From Octopus vulgaris (lineage: Eukaryota): 64,000 bases of DNA. Below, piece by piece: positions 63,923 through 64,000 of the stretch. The translations under genes and the position numbers were made by a program. The DNA lies in NCBI GenBank assembly GCA_951406725.2, contig OX597816.1:36580001-36644000 (forward strand), given 5' to 3'. Each line of letters begins with the position of its first letter. The first letter of the stretch is position 1. The notes beneath the pieces are model-generated. The model was not told the origin of the DNA. It saw only the letters and a program-made list of their open reading frames with translations, and searched no databases.

Positions 63923-64000
63923 TAAACAGTATGTCCCTTAATTACATTTGGAATCTTAAAGATTAGAAAAGATGGAAAATAATATTTCAGCAATCTTCAT

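Overview
AT-rich, microsatellite-dense eukaryotic non-genic DNA. The SINE, Helitron and LINE families look like those of Octopus, which is my inference from recognised repeat families. I find no supportable host protein-coding exon: nearly all ORF-track entries are (TA)n/(CA)n/(GATA)n translations or decayed transposon fragments. The window is a mobile-element mosaic: about 20 tRNA-derived SINE copies, non-autonomous Helitrons, a decayed Ty3/gypsy internal region, a cluster of R4/Dong-type RLE LINEs, RTE remnants, mariner and Tc1 remnants, and two Penelope-like element (PLE) remnants (RT in both, GIY-YIG endonuclease in one). The main hidden signal is RNA structure. At least nine type I hammerhead ribozyme (HHR) motifs can be folded by eye. 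Six lie in three young, non-coding tandem cassettes with monomers of about 365, 460 and 360 nt (10.8-11.5, 45.0-45.7 and 55.9-56.9 kb), and each cassette's 3' end runs into (TA)n. They match the architecture of non-LTR retrozymes, i.e. candidate circular-RNA-producing non-autonomous retroelements. The 365- and 360-nt families share a variant CCGAUGA core, a rod-like stem I of about 45-50 bp, and a two-hairpin module with compensatory changes. A candidate HDV-like ribozyme lies at the 5' end of a short RTE-derived element. All folds are by-eye and untested, and repeat boundaries are approximate.
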